A DNA stretch of 64,000 bases from Podarcis melisellensis (lineage: Eukaryota): NCBI GenBank assembly GCA_964234715.1, contig OZ174282.1, one strand, 5' to 3'. Of the stretch, positions 34,239 through 47,081 are shown one piece after another. Every line of letters begins with the position of its first letter. The stretch's first letter is position 1. Position numbers and translations under genes: made by a program. The notes below the pieces were generated by a model. The model was not told the origin of the DNA. It was given only the letters and a program-made list of their open reading frames with translations, and did not search any database.

Positions 34239-34839
34239 GTGGTTCCCAGATCACAGGACGCTGCCTTCTAAGGAGTCAGACCACCTGGTCCATCAAGCCC
34301 AGGGTTGTTTAAGTGAACTGTTTCTCCAGGTTTTCAGGCATGAGTCTCCCCCACCCCTTCTCCAGCCCTTCTCCAACTATCATAGATGCACACTGGTTTC
34401 CTGGGGGGGGTCTAAAGGGGGGGTGACTTTTCACCTGCATCATAAGCCTCTTCTTGCCTTAGGCTTGTAGTGTTTGACCTGAGTGTAGATTTTGGCCATG
34501 AATCTTGCTGGCCAATGAACTCTGGAAAGGCAAAATTAGGAAGTCCTAATTCAGTAAAGAGGGCGGGAGCAACACTGGCAGCTCAGGCTTTAAAAATTGG
34601 ATTCTGGCAAACATGGAAATTGTCCACAGAGGGCCTGTACTTCACAGGGGGGGAACAATATGCTTCTAACCCCCTGTTAGAGCTTGCCATTGGAACAAAG
34701 TTCTGGAACTAGTGGTTCTAAGGAAATGCCATGGGCATTGAAGAGGTTTTTGGGAATGGTACCTAGACTCTAAAGTACCATGAAATGAATGTGCAACAAG
34801 GGCCTCAACCCTTAGCCCGTGACTCTGCTTCTGTTGCAG

Positions 34840-34953
34840 TTCCCTCTCCAGTGGTTTGGTGTCCCAGCCATCTTGAAAGGGTGGTATGAGCGTGTCCTCA
34901 CTGGTGGATTTGCCTACTCCTACAGTGCCATGTATGACCAGGGGCCCTTCAAG
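34840..34953 (+). CDS. NQO1: NQO1 exon 4
   Basis: [20 protein letters not shown]...DQGPFK, 114 nt. Confidence 0.97.
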
Positions 34954-35367
34954 GTAGGTATGCAGTGGGGATTTGGTGGGAGTGAAGTCTTGCTGCTGCT
35001 GTAGCCGCCACCACCTTTCATTCTCTCCCATGTTCAGCTCCAACTGGCCAGTAGCTGCAGCCTGTCTATTGTGCATTTGAGCCCTGCAGTCAGCCTCTTT
35101 GGTGCTCTGCATGAAACAATATGGCAGACTCTGGTGGTAGTGGGAAAAGACAGAGGATTCTGATAATGACCCTGTCTCTTGGTATTTTAGAGGAGGGTGT
35201 TCTGTGGGACAGAGAAGGTGCAGTTCCTTTCCTCCATATTGTGGCAAGATGATGATCAGCTGGGCTTTCACAATACTCTGCAAAATGACCCTTGTTCACT
35301 AGCTGCTCTCTGCATGACAGTGTCTCAGCTGCTGTGTAAAACATAACTCATATTTGGTTACTTACAG

Positions 35368-35469
35368 AATAAGAAGACTCTACTTTCCTTCACCACTGGT
35401 GGGATGGGCTCCATGTACACCCCTGAAGGCATCAATGGGGACATCAACATCCTTCTTTGGCCAATACAG
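35368..35469 (+). CDS. NQO1: NQO1 exon 5
   Basis: [34 protein letters not shown], 102 nt. Confidence 0.96.
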
Positions 35470-35905
35470 GTAACAAGGCAACATTTATTGTCAAACCCAT
35501 AGTTATTTCTAAGAGAGTTTTAAAATTATTATTAAAAGGTGTAATACTTAAGTAGATGGTGCAAGCTTCTGCCTTACACAGAATTCTTACAGGTTCCTAT
35601 ACTTGTCTGGTTTGAGAACCTTTGTGTAATCCAGAGGTTTACAATCCTGCATTCCAACCAATTGGCGAGATGACTGTTTTTTCAAGAGCTGTAGTTTACT
35701 TGTGTGCAAAGTTGTAGACAAATTTTAGGTTTTTAAAATGAGTAAAAATGTCATAGTAGACATTTAGTATGGAAACAAAAAAAACCTGTACTGGAAATGT
35801 CACTATAGAGCTCTTTATTGGTCCTGAACTTGTTCTAATTACATTCCTCCTGCCCTATTTGAATATGTATTTGATTTGCAAATGTTCTTTCTTCCTACTC
35901 CCCAG

Positions 35906-36214
35906 AGTGGCACTCTCCATTTCTGTGGTTTCCAAGTCTTGGCACCCCAGATCGCTTTCAGTATTGGCCATACACCACCAGAGGCCCGCTCCCAAATCCT
36001 GGAGATGTGGAAGAAGAGATTGGCCACTATCTGGGAGGAGACGCCCCTCAGCTTTGCCCCAAGCAACAACTTTGATTTGAGCTTTGCTGGGGGCTTTCTT
36101 CTGAAGAAAGAGGTCCAGGAACAGCAAGAAGATAAAAAATATGGGCTGACAACTGGCCAGCATCTGGGAAAGCCACTCCTGCCTGATAATCAAGTCAAAG
36201 CCCAGCAGAAATAG
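35906..36214 (+). CDS. NQO1: NQO1 exon 6 coding part
   Basis: [15 protein letters not shown]...DNQVKAQQK, stop TAG. Confidence 0.97.
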   Translation, partial: SGTLHFCGFQVLAPQIAFSIGHTPPEARSQILEMWKKRLATIWEETPLSFAPSNNFDLSFAGGFLLKKEVQEQQEDKKYGLTTGQHLGKPLLPDNQVKAQQK

Positions 36215-37444
36215 TAAATTCTGTTGGTAAATTGGGACAAAAAAAGGCCTTTCTGTAGTAATGCTAACAGTTAGTTTCCTACTTTCACTTTCTCTGGATT
36301 CATAGGCTCCCTGTAGGGCAGACCTTCCCCAAACCGACGCCCTTCTGCTGTGTTTGATTCGTCCCATCAGCCCAACAACGATGATGGGAGTTGAAACCCA
36401 AACTACCTGGGAGCACACCAGATGGGAAAGCTGGTTGGGCACTCTACCATTAAAAACAGTTAGTTATACCTTGTGTATGTAATGCAAGGCATATACTCCA
36501 CAATGGAGCCTGCATTATTACTGTTCTACTCTTTGCAGCCTTAAGATCCTAGCCTATAATCCACGGGTGGACAACCACCACAGCCTTTCACATTCCTCTT
36601 TGCAGCCCCCATCTCAGCAAAGATTACCACCATACTGCCTTGAGCAACAGAAGAGTTGGCAGGAAGGTCCAACCCCAGAGCAAAGTACTTAGAGCTTGGG
36701 TCTTGCACTTCTCCAAGTGCATATGCCTGGAGAGCACCATAGGTTGTATCCAATGTTAGTGCTACTTGGAGCAGACCCATTGAAAGTAAAAGGCATATCT
36801 AACTTAGGCACACTAATTTCAATGCGTCTACATGGAGTAGAATGTAGTTGGATAGAACTGTATGGATCCACCTGGCTGCTTTCTTGCCAGCTCTTCAGTT
36901 TCTTGTCATAGTAGCCTCAAGGTAGTGTGGGTGGGTGGGTGGAGTACATTGCCTTTACTTCATTAGCAACCACCAATCCACAATGGGTCAAACAAGCTAC
37001 TTGGCAGTCAATACCACTTGCACCAGACTTGAGCTGCCAGAGGAGAGGTGCAGTGGCAATCTGCCTGAAGACAAAACAAGCCACAGATGCAGCTGAAAAG
37101 AGGGCAGCTGGGAAGAGTGGTGAAGACAACTGGGCTCCCACCTTCCCCAGCTGGAATCAGCCACAGCACAGGAAGGCAGGGCCAGAGTTCCCTGGCAATA
37201 AATGGTGCTCCAGGGGGTGGGGGGGGGGGAGTGTAATTAACTGGCGGGGAAGGTGAAGGGTTGCTTTAAATCCTATTAGTTTACTTGCTGGTAGTAGGGA
37301 TTAATACTACTTGAGATTTTTGTACTTTGGTAATAACTTTCACATGTACTAACAACAAAGCCAGGTGTTGCCTCTATTAGTCAGGTTTGTTGGAATGTCA
37401 TGTGGATTTACACAAGTCTCTCTTGCGCCAGCAGAGAAATTTAG

Positions 37445-37450
37445 AATAAA
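37445..37450 (+). terminator. Candidate NQO1 poly(A) signal (alternatives: ATTAAA ~36449, AATAAA 37197-37202)
   Basis: AATAAA followed by a T-rich downstream element. Confidence 0.5.
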
Positions 37451-37799
37451 ATACTTTTTTAAACCTTTCTCTTGCAGCTGTCTATTGAGTCAAGGGCCAC
37501 ATTTTGTGCTAGGCATTTATACAGTTTGAACCTATTACAACTTGCATGACAGCACTACTCAGAGGGGAGGGGTACCTGTTTGTGTCTCCATGAGAGGTGG
37601 TGAAAGGAGAAGCCTAAGTCTGCTGCTTTACCATACACAGTAATATGGGACAAGCCAGCCCAGACGTGGGTTCTGTAAAGGAGGTATTTACACAAAGAAG
37701 GTTCTACCTTCCCATCAGTCCAGTGAAGGGAAACCCCTCTCCACCTGCTCCATATACGCTGGTGCTGGCTTGCTTATCGGCCATAGAGCAAAAAGGGAT

Positions 37800-37941
37800 G
37801 TATAGAATTGTAGGGTTGGAAGGGACCTTGAGGATCATCTAGTCCAAATCCTCTGCAATGCTGGAATATGCAGCTGCTTCTTATGGGGATCAAACCTGCA
37901 ACCTTGGTGTTACCAGCATCATGCCCTAGCCAACTGAGCTA
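37800..37941 (-). mobile_element. tRNA-derived SINE with CR1-like tail
   Basis: Reverse complement begins tagctcagttggctagggcat...caggtttgatcccc (A/B-box-like) and ends in ggtcccttccaaccctacaattct. Confidence 0.7.
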
Positions 37942-38989
37942 TCAATTAGTAAACTTCTAGCTAGTGTGTGCAGGGCTCAGCAGACAACACACTAGCCTTG
38001 CACTTCAGGACCAAATGACTCCAAGATACTGAAAAGAATGGAGCACAGTAGCAATACACTGCAAAATGAAAACTTTCAAAGTTTTATTCTTGACTGCAGC
38101 TGTGTACAGAAATATAGTTGCAAGTATACAAATGTCCCAATAGAAGCAAAATATCTCTCTCTTAATATTCAACAAGTTATCACAGAATAGCTAAAAACAA
38201 ATGCAAATGAGTTCCCCCCCCCGCCCCCTCCAATAGAATAAACAAAACCATTATCAGTGCTCTGAGAAACCCACCTACACAAGCCAGGGACACAAAATGC
38301 ACAAGGGGCCATCTGAGGCTACATTCACATTGCAGGATATTGGAAAAGGCTGCTTGGTGGCTGGCTGGTCTTGAGTGCTGTTCTAAGCGAGCATGGCAAG
38401 AAGGGGGGGGGGGAGGGAGTGTGTTAGGACTGCAACGATATTAACAGGCCGAGCTCTGTGAGAAAACCTTCATTAGTTGCACGCAAATTGCTGTTGGGAC
38501 AGAGGGGTGCAACGAGATTCTTGGTCTCAGCAGGTCCAAGCCCAAACTGTTCAGAACATAACCTTGCCCTGTCCAAATGGGACATCATTCCAAACAAGTT
38601 GGACTCCATGGGCCAGAGCCCCAATACAAAAAAGCTGCTGAAAAGAGGAAACAATGGACCCCAGATGACAGCCAAGCTACCTAAGGGCTTAAGGATCAAA
38701 GTGGCAGTGGTGGCAGGGACTGAAAGAAAACTGCAGTGGTGGCAGCAGCAGCATCCACATGGGCCATGTCTGGTGCAGAGGTCAGGGTTACACTCAAAAG
38801 TTATTTCAATGCAGGAAATCCTCTGCTATGAGCTCAAACAAGAGACCACCATTTTCTGAAGCAGTCACAAGCAGCCTGGACTGTCAAGAAGTTATTCCTA
38901 ATATTTAGTTTAAATCCTTTTTCTTGCAAAATGGACCTATTGGTTAACACTGAAGCCCTGGAGAAAACAACCCAAAATTTGCTCCCATG

Positions 38990-39100
38990 ATCAAGAGTGA
39001 CAGCCTGTCAAATACTTAGTGATGGTTATCAAATCTCCTCTTCGTTGTTTCTTGTGCAGCCTAAATATACTTAGTCCTTTCAACCTTTTCAAATGGGACG
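38990..39100 (-). mobile_element. Ancient CR1 RT fragment inside the NFAT5 3'UTR
   Basis: Minus strand reads KRLKGLSIFRLHKKQRRGDLITITKYLTGCH, compared with CR1 [21 protein letters not shown]..YKYL. Confidence 0.7.
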
Positions 39101-41481
39101 TGGCTATGACCAAGTTGCTTATTGCCAGGGTGGGCAAGACCAAATGAGGTACTTCCTGGCCTTTCAGGCTCTGCTCTGATGCAGTGTGCTAGAAGATTAC
39201 TCAGGATAAGACACAAACACTTTCCCAGGCATGTTTGGAGTGGTGCACAAGAGGAGGAAGGAAAGCAAGTCAGGGATGCCTGAAAGGACAGCTCTCTCTT
39301 GACCATTAATATGCAGGGAGGGACCTGAAACCACAAGGGCTTTTACAGTTCTACAAAATCTGATTCCCAAAGTGGCTTTATCCAGAGTGTTTGAGGAGGG
39401 AGAGGGAGTTGTACATAAAAATGATTGCTTCCTGTAGTTTGAAGCCATTTGTGGTGGAAAGGCTTAGTTGGATTCTTGTGGACTGATGCAGAGGGAAAAA
39501 TGAATGGGGACAACATGAGCTCCAAATGCCATGTGCGGACCAAGAACACACAGGAAACAAGATGCACCTTGCAAGGCTGCCGAGGTCCCATCTCCATGAA
39601 ACTCTCTAGAATACCTTTTGTAGGCTCTGCTACCACAGGCCCCGCAAAACAAACAAAAAGGGTGTAGGAAAGATGCAGCACCAGCCAGCCACTGAGCAGA
39701 CCTTTGTTCCAAATACATACTTTTTTGTAACCAAATCACGTTAAAAATGTTGCACATTTAAATATTGACCTAAAATGGACCAAGAAAAAATAGAAATAAA
39801 CCAACCCCAAAACCCATGTACATCACCGTTTTGAACAGAGCAGCAGCAGGAGCCCTTTAAACAAACAGAATGCAGATGCCTGCGTTGTATGGCTGGAGCA
39901 ATGTGGGGAGAAGTGACAAGAGGCAGCTCTGAGCAGGAAACTTGGTTCAATAGAGGATTGGTCCCTGGTGACTTAGCGCTGCCCCCCGAGGACAGTCCTG
40001 ATGCCACCGAAGTGAACAAGACACAGCAGCGTACAAGTCAACCTGCTCCTACTCAACCCTCTCCACACACTTCTTCCCCATAAAGCTCCTGCCATGGCCT
40101 GGGACTAAGTGCCTCTTCCAGAAGACACAGGCAGTCCCAGGCCCGACTGCAGGATCCCCAGAAGTGAAAGCAAAAGCCGCTGGCTTGGTACATCCCTTTC
40201 TGCCTCCTCATTCATAGTTAGGCACATGGCTGCTCCTTCCCATCCTCAATACTCTTTCAGCAAATAAAAGAAACATAACATTGTAAGAGAAGCAAGCTCA
40301 ATGCAGCTACAGACATCATGAAATGAGGAAAGAAGGTTCCAATTGTGAATTTGTAGTGTTGTTATAAATTAAAAAGCTAGCAATAAAATATTAGACATTA
40401 ACCATGAGTGAACAGCTGAATGGCTCATGTCAAGGGACTCCCATGCAAAGGAAGATGCACATGTGTCACCTCTGCAGTGAAGTTGCCCTCACAGCCAATC
40501 AGCACAGAGGCTGCCTGATTATATGAATGGCCAGAGATGAACCAATCACATCTGCTGCAAAAAGTACTCAAATACTTTGTGAAGACTTAACAACAACCCC
40601 CCTTCCCCTGGTTCCTAGATGCCATGTTGTGGGAAAACAGACAACAAAACTCACACATTTACCACAAAAATCTGTGGCAAAAAAGAATATATGTGTGTGA
40701 ATATATGTATATGCATATATATATTTATATATATATATATATTATTTATGCCAATGTACTCACTCAGTACAAATAGCAAAATAGTTTATCATTTTCTAAA
40801 TACAAAATAGAGCTTTCCAAAAAAATGAAACACACATTAGATATAAACCATCCAAAACCTGAACGATTGAAAACTGTATTCAAAATTAAATGACCTAGAG
40901 CAGGTCTCTTTCTGAAAAGTTCTCTTCATATCGGCAAAATAGCCTGTACTACTGAAAACATAACTCAAGCCTCTCCAAGAGAGACGGACAAACAGAACGA
41001 ATCACTGACTGCAAACATCAGAGACAGACTGGCATTTAACAGGACAACAACAATAACAAAAAACAAGCACAACTCTACATAGCTCAAGGTGGAGCACAAG
41101 TTAGAAAAAACACACAAGGGGTAGCCTAAAAAACCAGGTACAAGCTAAATTCTTCTCTACACAAAAGTAACAAAAATGAACACCAATGCTTACTAAAAAA
41201 CACAACTCCCCAATGCCAACAAGAGTCACACACAACAGCTGTTGGGTGACAGACACCACTCACAGCATTTGATGTGCAGGAGAGGAAGAGAGGGAAATAA
41301 AAATCCAGAAGAGGGAAACTGTAGCTATCCCTGGAGAGCACCTGAAATTGAGTTTGCCTCTTGGTGCTGACAGCACACAAGAGCATCTGCCTTTTAAGCC
41401 AAAATGGATGCAAATTCATCACCAGCATTTGCATTTTGAAAGAGTGACGTTACTTGTCTCGTATGAGCTAAAGGAGCTATG

Positions 41482-41640
41482 TAAGAACATAAGTAAAGCC
41501 CACTGGATCAGTTTAATGGCCCATCTAGTCCAGCATCATGTTCTTACAGTGGCCAACCAGATAGCTAGTCCACAAGCAGGACCTATGTGCAATAGTACTC
41601 TGCCCACCTGCAATTCTCAGCAACTGGTATACAGAGGCAC
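41482..41640 (-). mobile_element. CR1 3'-tail fragment in the NFAT5 3'UTR
   Basis: taagaacataag...cccatctagtccagcatc...gtggccaaccagat. Confidence 0.8.
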
Positions 41641-43709
41641 CCCTTCAAGTCCCGAGGGGAAGCTGCCAAATCCCCCTCCCCCCATGTGAGTTTAAATTTA
41701 AGACTTCAAACCTGCACCAATTAGAAAAGGGGTGGAGGAGCAGAAACCAGCATGCCCAAAAATATTCTCTCACCCCTCCTCTACAAACCAAGGAGGTATC
41801 AGCCAGCTTGGTCATTCCAGCCCCACTACAATGGACCTTCTGGTCTCCAAAAAACCTATTTCAGATTTGTACAGGTGGCAGCATATTTCACACAAGAGGA
41901 AAGAGACAGAAAAGGGATTAAGAGGAACAAAATTCAGCTTATGGCCTATCAAGGCAGGACTCAAGAGGGGGTCTATTGCTCAGCATAGCAAACTGGCCCC
42001 TTGTGAAAGGGGAGATGGGCAGAGCACCAGAGGCTCAGAGAAGTCCCTGTTTGAGCAGCCAATCTTCCAGCCTCCCAGGAAGCTGTAGTCACATTCTTGG
42101 ATATCACCCACTCCCCGCCCCTCGTGGCTTTAGGAGACTCTCTGCCAGTATATGCCACCTTCCTAGGTGCTAATTCACAGCTTTCTCCATACTGCTATGA
42201 AGCTGACAGCAGCTTCCGTTTAACAAAGAGTCACTAATTCACACTGGTATGTTCAACACTTGGTAACTGCACCATTAAGCAATGACTGGCATGAGTGAAA
42301 TGCACAATTGAGGACTGAACACTTGAATCACCTTCACCTCCCCCAAGCAACATTTTTCACTGGAAACCATTTACACCTGCAAATCAAGTGATTGAGTCTT
42401 CAAGTGATGAGCACAAATGTGTGAATCAACCATCTGTATATCCCAGTTATTTTAGAACACATATCCCTGTGTGCTTTGCAGCCTGTTCCAAGAGCTGTGA
42501 AGAGGAGCTGAAAGAGAGGAGCAGACACAGTCTCAGGTTCTTTCAGTGCCAAGCTGCAATGATAAATGAGCAGCTGCACTCTGCATCCCCACAGCCGGAC
42601 TAGAGATGGGGGCAACTGTCCAAAGTAGAGCCTCTTTCGCCTCTTCCAGCTTCAAGAAGTCTCTCTCTGATGCTCTCACTCAGCAGCTGTTTCTCATCAG
42701 GCTTAGCAAGGGTACTCTTCCAAAGTGATGGTGAAGGCTACATTTCCCCTTGGGTCCAAGGCCGCACTTTGACACAGGAAATTTAACTCCAAACATCCTA
42801 AATTCCAGAGTCACAAGAACGAAAGTCTTGCAAATCTGCTTGTCCATTACAGGATTTCTGAAGTTACAAGCTAAAAGAACACACAAAGACAAAAGTTAAG
42901 CGTAGTAAGAGCCTCATTCTTTCCCCCTAAAGCACTCTAATTAAACAATCCAAAAGCTGGTTATTTCCCTCTATGCTGAAGTTACCACTAATGGCTTCTT
43001 TGAATGTAATATTACTGCCACCCATCAGTGAAATCTGATTGGGACTTGAAGAGGGGATGTATACAATGGAGTTGGAGTGTGAGAGAGCCCCTCCTAGCAT
43101 TATGGCTTGGGGAGAGCCATGTGCTGCTGAGCTCTCTCTTGTAACTGCACCAGCAGCACAGAACTTGGTAGGATTTAACATCCTAAAATAATAAGATTTA
43201 ATGCTTTTGTAAAGCAAGCTCCTAGAGCGCTAATGGCTGAAAGCATTGTTGCAGACAAGTGGATGACACTTTTATGTCTCAAGAGGCAGAGCAAGGATCC
43301 CAATCACTGCCAGTAGAAAAAGGATTATGTAAAAGCCCCTGCTTCCTTTGTATAATTTATTCAGGCCAGGAAAATAATGCTTTATTTCTGTGTGGAGTAA
43401 ACACAGCTGACCATGCTGCCTTGGAACTGCATATATCAGCCTTGAGCTGAAGTCAAGGCAAACAACCACATATCCACCCTGGGATTTCTGAACCTTGGTA
43501 ATCAAGTTCAGTGAGGCCACTGCAAGTGTCCTAATGGCCAGGAGAATGAGGGCTGTGAAGCTCTATTTACTCTCAAGACAGGCACTAATTTTATTATCAT
43601 TCTGGGGAAGCAGCAGAAAAGACAGACTTTTATCAGCTGCAAGAAGTAAGAAGAGAACATGCTGGCTTGGCTACAGTCTTTGACTCCCATCTCCAACTCA
43701 CCTGGATAG

Positions 43710-43942
43710 TTAGAAGGAGCCAGCCATGTTGTTGTTCCCCTGGTTTTGTAGAGACACTAGCAGGTCATCAATCTTCTTCATATTCTGATTGGTGGTCATA
43801 GCAGAAGACAGCTGGGGGCTTTCAGACATCTGCTGGGATAGTAGAGTTGTGACTGATGACTGTGCTTCACCCTGTGGCTGGCTTATTGTGATCATCTGAT
43901 CTGACATTGAAGTGGGTCCAGATGTTAAGAGCTGGCCACAGT
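43710..43942 (-). CDS. NFAT5: NFAT5 exon 14 coding part (exon continues to 43702)
   Basis: [10 protein letters not shown]...[21 protein letters not shown], stop TAA. CAG|GTGAGT donor 8 nt later. Confidence 0.96.
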
Positions 43943-44671
43943 CTGTTAAGAAAGACAAGATTTATTCAGAGCACCATGCAAATTTATTGAGGAGTGAAAG
44001 GAAGCCTATTGCATTTCACATTGTACTGGCCTCATAAACATCTAGAGTGTCCCCACAGAGCATTTCCCCCTAAGGCATTTAGGATCAGGGTGCTGGTATC
44101 CCAAGAAACCAGTAGAAAGAAGTCAGACACCGACAGATGCACAAAGCATCTCATAAGAAGTTAACAGGCCCTTTGGCACATTCTTCTTTGTCTATATATA
44201 AAATCTATTGCATAGCTAGAGAGCTCTTCCCCACCATTTTATGTGCTGTGCTATGCTCTGAAAGCATGCAGATAGGTTTACAGCAGCTCTTCCACAGTTA
44301 CAGAATCTCTACTTCTGGGGAAATGCTACATAAATGCCACTGAGTGAACAAACTGAATTTGGATGATTTTGTACACATTTATACACTTAGAATGGACTGA
44401 TCACTGACTTTTATACTGGCTGGGCCTAATGGGGGGAGTTGGACCACAAGTTCCCCATCCTTGCTTTAGACTGTAAGCAGTCTATGTCAAAATTGCTGTT
44501 AACACTGTAGTGTGTTCCCAGATTATATAGGCTTTACAAAGGAAGTCATAATTCAACACAATTTTAGATAGTTTTTCACAGCTGCACAGATGTGGCCTCC
44601 AACACAAGCTTCACAAAGGGAAGAACGCACTAAAATTTAGCCAATGACAATTCTGCATACTCTGTACTTAC

Positions 44672-47081
44672 TATCTTGGATGCCAAACAGGAATATTCCA
44701 GAGGTCTGCCGAGATGAAGTGGAGGAGTTCTGCAGCTGGTTCATGGAACCACTTCCAGCTGTGTTATGGAACAAAGCAGTCTGCTGCTGCTGCTGCTGCG
44801 GGGGTGAAGAAGCTCCCTGGATGCCAGCCATATTGTTTGGTGAAGAGTAGAGGGGGGGCTGCTGCAACTCTTGCTGGTTCATGCTGTTTTGCAAGGCAGA
44901 CATGGAAGTCGATGATATGAAGAGGGTGACAGGTTGCTCCTGAGAGCTGGAGGATCCTTGGACTAGCTGGATCTGGGGCGAGTTGTGGAATAAGGCAGGC
45001 TGCTGCTGTGACTCAGCTTGATTAGAGCCTGGGCTCTGGTTCTGAAACTGCATGGGTTGCTGATCCTGATTCATTGGTGCCATGCTGCTTTGTGGGTGGA
45101 AGAGAGACTGGCTTTGTTGTTGTTGTTGTTGTTGCTGCTGCTGCTCCTGGTTGGCCATTGGGTTAGGATTTGGGTTGTACATCATGTTCTGCTTCTGGGA
45201 TGTCATAGGGCTCATGGAATTCTGATTGCTGAACCTCAAATTCTGCTGCTGCTGCTCTTGGGAGGGTGTGCTGTTCTGAAGAGCCACCATAGAATGCTGT
45301 GGTTGGAACATGGCTCCTTGCTGGTTTTGGGGCACCTGTGATTGGAACATGCTCTGCTGCTGTTGCTGGGACTGCTCTTGGGCAAGCATAGGGTTCTGGA
45401 GGTGTGAGAGCTGAGCCTGCTGCTGCTGGAATGTCGACTGCTGCTCAGCATTGGCAGATGTCTGCAGTGGAGAAATGGAATTCTGTGTGGCAAAGAAGGG
45501 CATCTGTTCCTCCTGTGCAACTGAGCTCTGGGGAAGGAATAGGTTGCTTGCCTGCTGGTCCTGAACCACACCCATGGGACTCTGGGAGTGGAACATTGGA
45601 GGCTGCAGCTGCTCTGAGGAAGAGGCAGAGCTCTGGCTGTGGAAGAGAGCACTTTGGGGCTCCTGTGAGATGTTCTGAGCATCCCCAATAGGGCTCTGTG
45701 AGTGAAAAAGCTGAGCCTGTGAATGGGGAGCCTGCTGCAAGAAGCTTCCAGACTGGAGAGACATCAACTCCCCACTCTGCTGAAAGAGGCTCCCAGTTTG
45801 CTGCTGTTGCTGCTGTGTTCCATTGTCCTGAACGGCCATCATGCTTTCTGAGGAGGAGAAGAGGCTGACCTGCGCCTGGTTCTCCCCGCTGTGCTGCATT
45901 TGAACCATAGCTTGAAATACATTGTTCTGCATCTGTTTGGTCTGACCTGGAGCTTCTTCACCTTCGGCAGAGCCAGAAGACTGAAACATGGAAGGGCCGT
46001 TGGCAGGCACCACTTGCTGCTGCTGCTGTTGCTGCTGCTGCGATGGAGTACCAGCTTCATTACCAGAAACACTGGTGGGTGAGAATAGCTCACACTGCAT
46101 CTGTATGTCTTCACTTGTTGTCAGTGCACCCATCAGGTGAGAAGTTTGTTGGTACACTGGGGACTGCTGGATGTTTCTATTTCCCGAAGAGGAAGTTGAG
46201 AACATGTCAGACTGCATCTGACTTGCTGCCTGGCAGAGGCCTTGCTGAATCTCAATCACCATAGCTGCAGAAGTCTCCATTGCTTGCTGTTGTTGTTGTT
46301 GTTGTTGTTGCTGCTGCTGCTGCTGCTGCTGGCTGGACAAAGAACTTTCAGGTTGTGGATGGACATTCTCACTTCTCCCAGAGAGAAGGTCCTCAGCCCT
46401 TGAATGGACAGTGTCAGAGGAGGAAAACATCCCTTGGCTGACTCCATTTTGGATCTGGCTAACCTGCTGAAAAATCTCTACATTGATTTGCTCTTGAACA
46501 TCCTCATTGTCAGACCCAGAGAACAAGACAGAGGACAGCTGCTGCTGGGCTTCCAGGACCTGCTGGACCAAATCTACACTTCCATGGTTGCTGCTGGCAG
46601 TGCTAGACTGAAAGTTCCCTGCTTGCAGTTGTTGAATTGTGTTCTGCAGCTGACTCACACTGCTGGCCGATGAGAAAAGGTTTGACGACATCTGCTGCTG
46701 CAACACTTGTGCCGATTCCTGGAGTGGTGACTGCTGCTGGGACACCTCTGTCAACTGAGACAAAGTCATGACTGCACTGTCTGGCTGCAACACCTCTCTC
46801 GGCTGGGACTCCCTGGTGGAGAACTGGGATGCCTGCTGCAACAAGGTGTCACTGTTTTGCAGCTGATTGGGACCAGAACCTGCAGGGAAGCTGCCAGGCT
46901 GGGCAAGGTCCTGTGCCTGGAGGGAGGGCATTGCCTCTGGAGTATATACCTTTGGCTGCAGCTGCTGATTTTCACTCTCTGGTGCTAAGTGAGAAGCAGA
47001 AGAGGAGAAAGTGCCATTGCCCAATATACTGGACATGTTGGTTTCCAATGTGGCTTGGGGTGGTCCAACTACACTTGTTGC
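44672..47081 (-). CDS. NFAT5: NFAT5 exon 13 (2410 nt, Gln/Ser-rich activation region)
   Basis: Core of the 826-aa ORF, bounded by cctcag acceptor and gtaagt donor. Confidence 0.97.
46284..46331 (-). repeat. NFAT5 polyQ16 tract (CAG)7(CAA)7CAGCAA
   Basis: Read directly. A second Q10 tract lies at 45114-45143. Confidence 0.95.

Larger units (their letters stand above)
33300..36214 (+). other. NQO1: NQO1 gene span, NAD(P)H:quinone oxidoreductase 1, complete, 275 aa
   Basis: Join 33300-33306, 33730-33894, 34108-34238, 34840-34953, 35368-35469, 35906-36214 = 828 nt. Has the NQO1-type C-terminal extension ([16 protein letters not shown]) and lies between NOB1 and NFAT5. Confidence 0.98.
38065..42870 (-). 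other. NFAT5: NFAT5 terminal 3'UTR exon (~4.8 kb)
   Basis: Polypyrimidine acceptor tgtgttcttttag at 42871-42872; minus-strand AATAAA at 38088-38083. The 3' end is approximate. Confidence 0.7.

Noticed and set aside
37800-37941. tRNA gene
   Set aside because: Only a degenerate tRNA-like head fused to a LINE tail, so a SINE; no intact cloverleaf.
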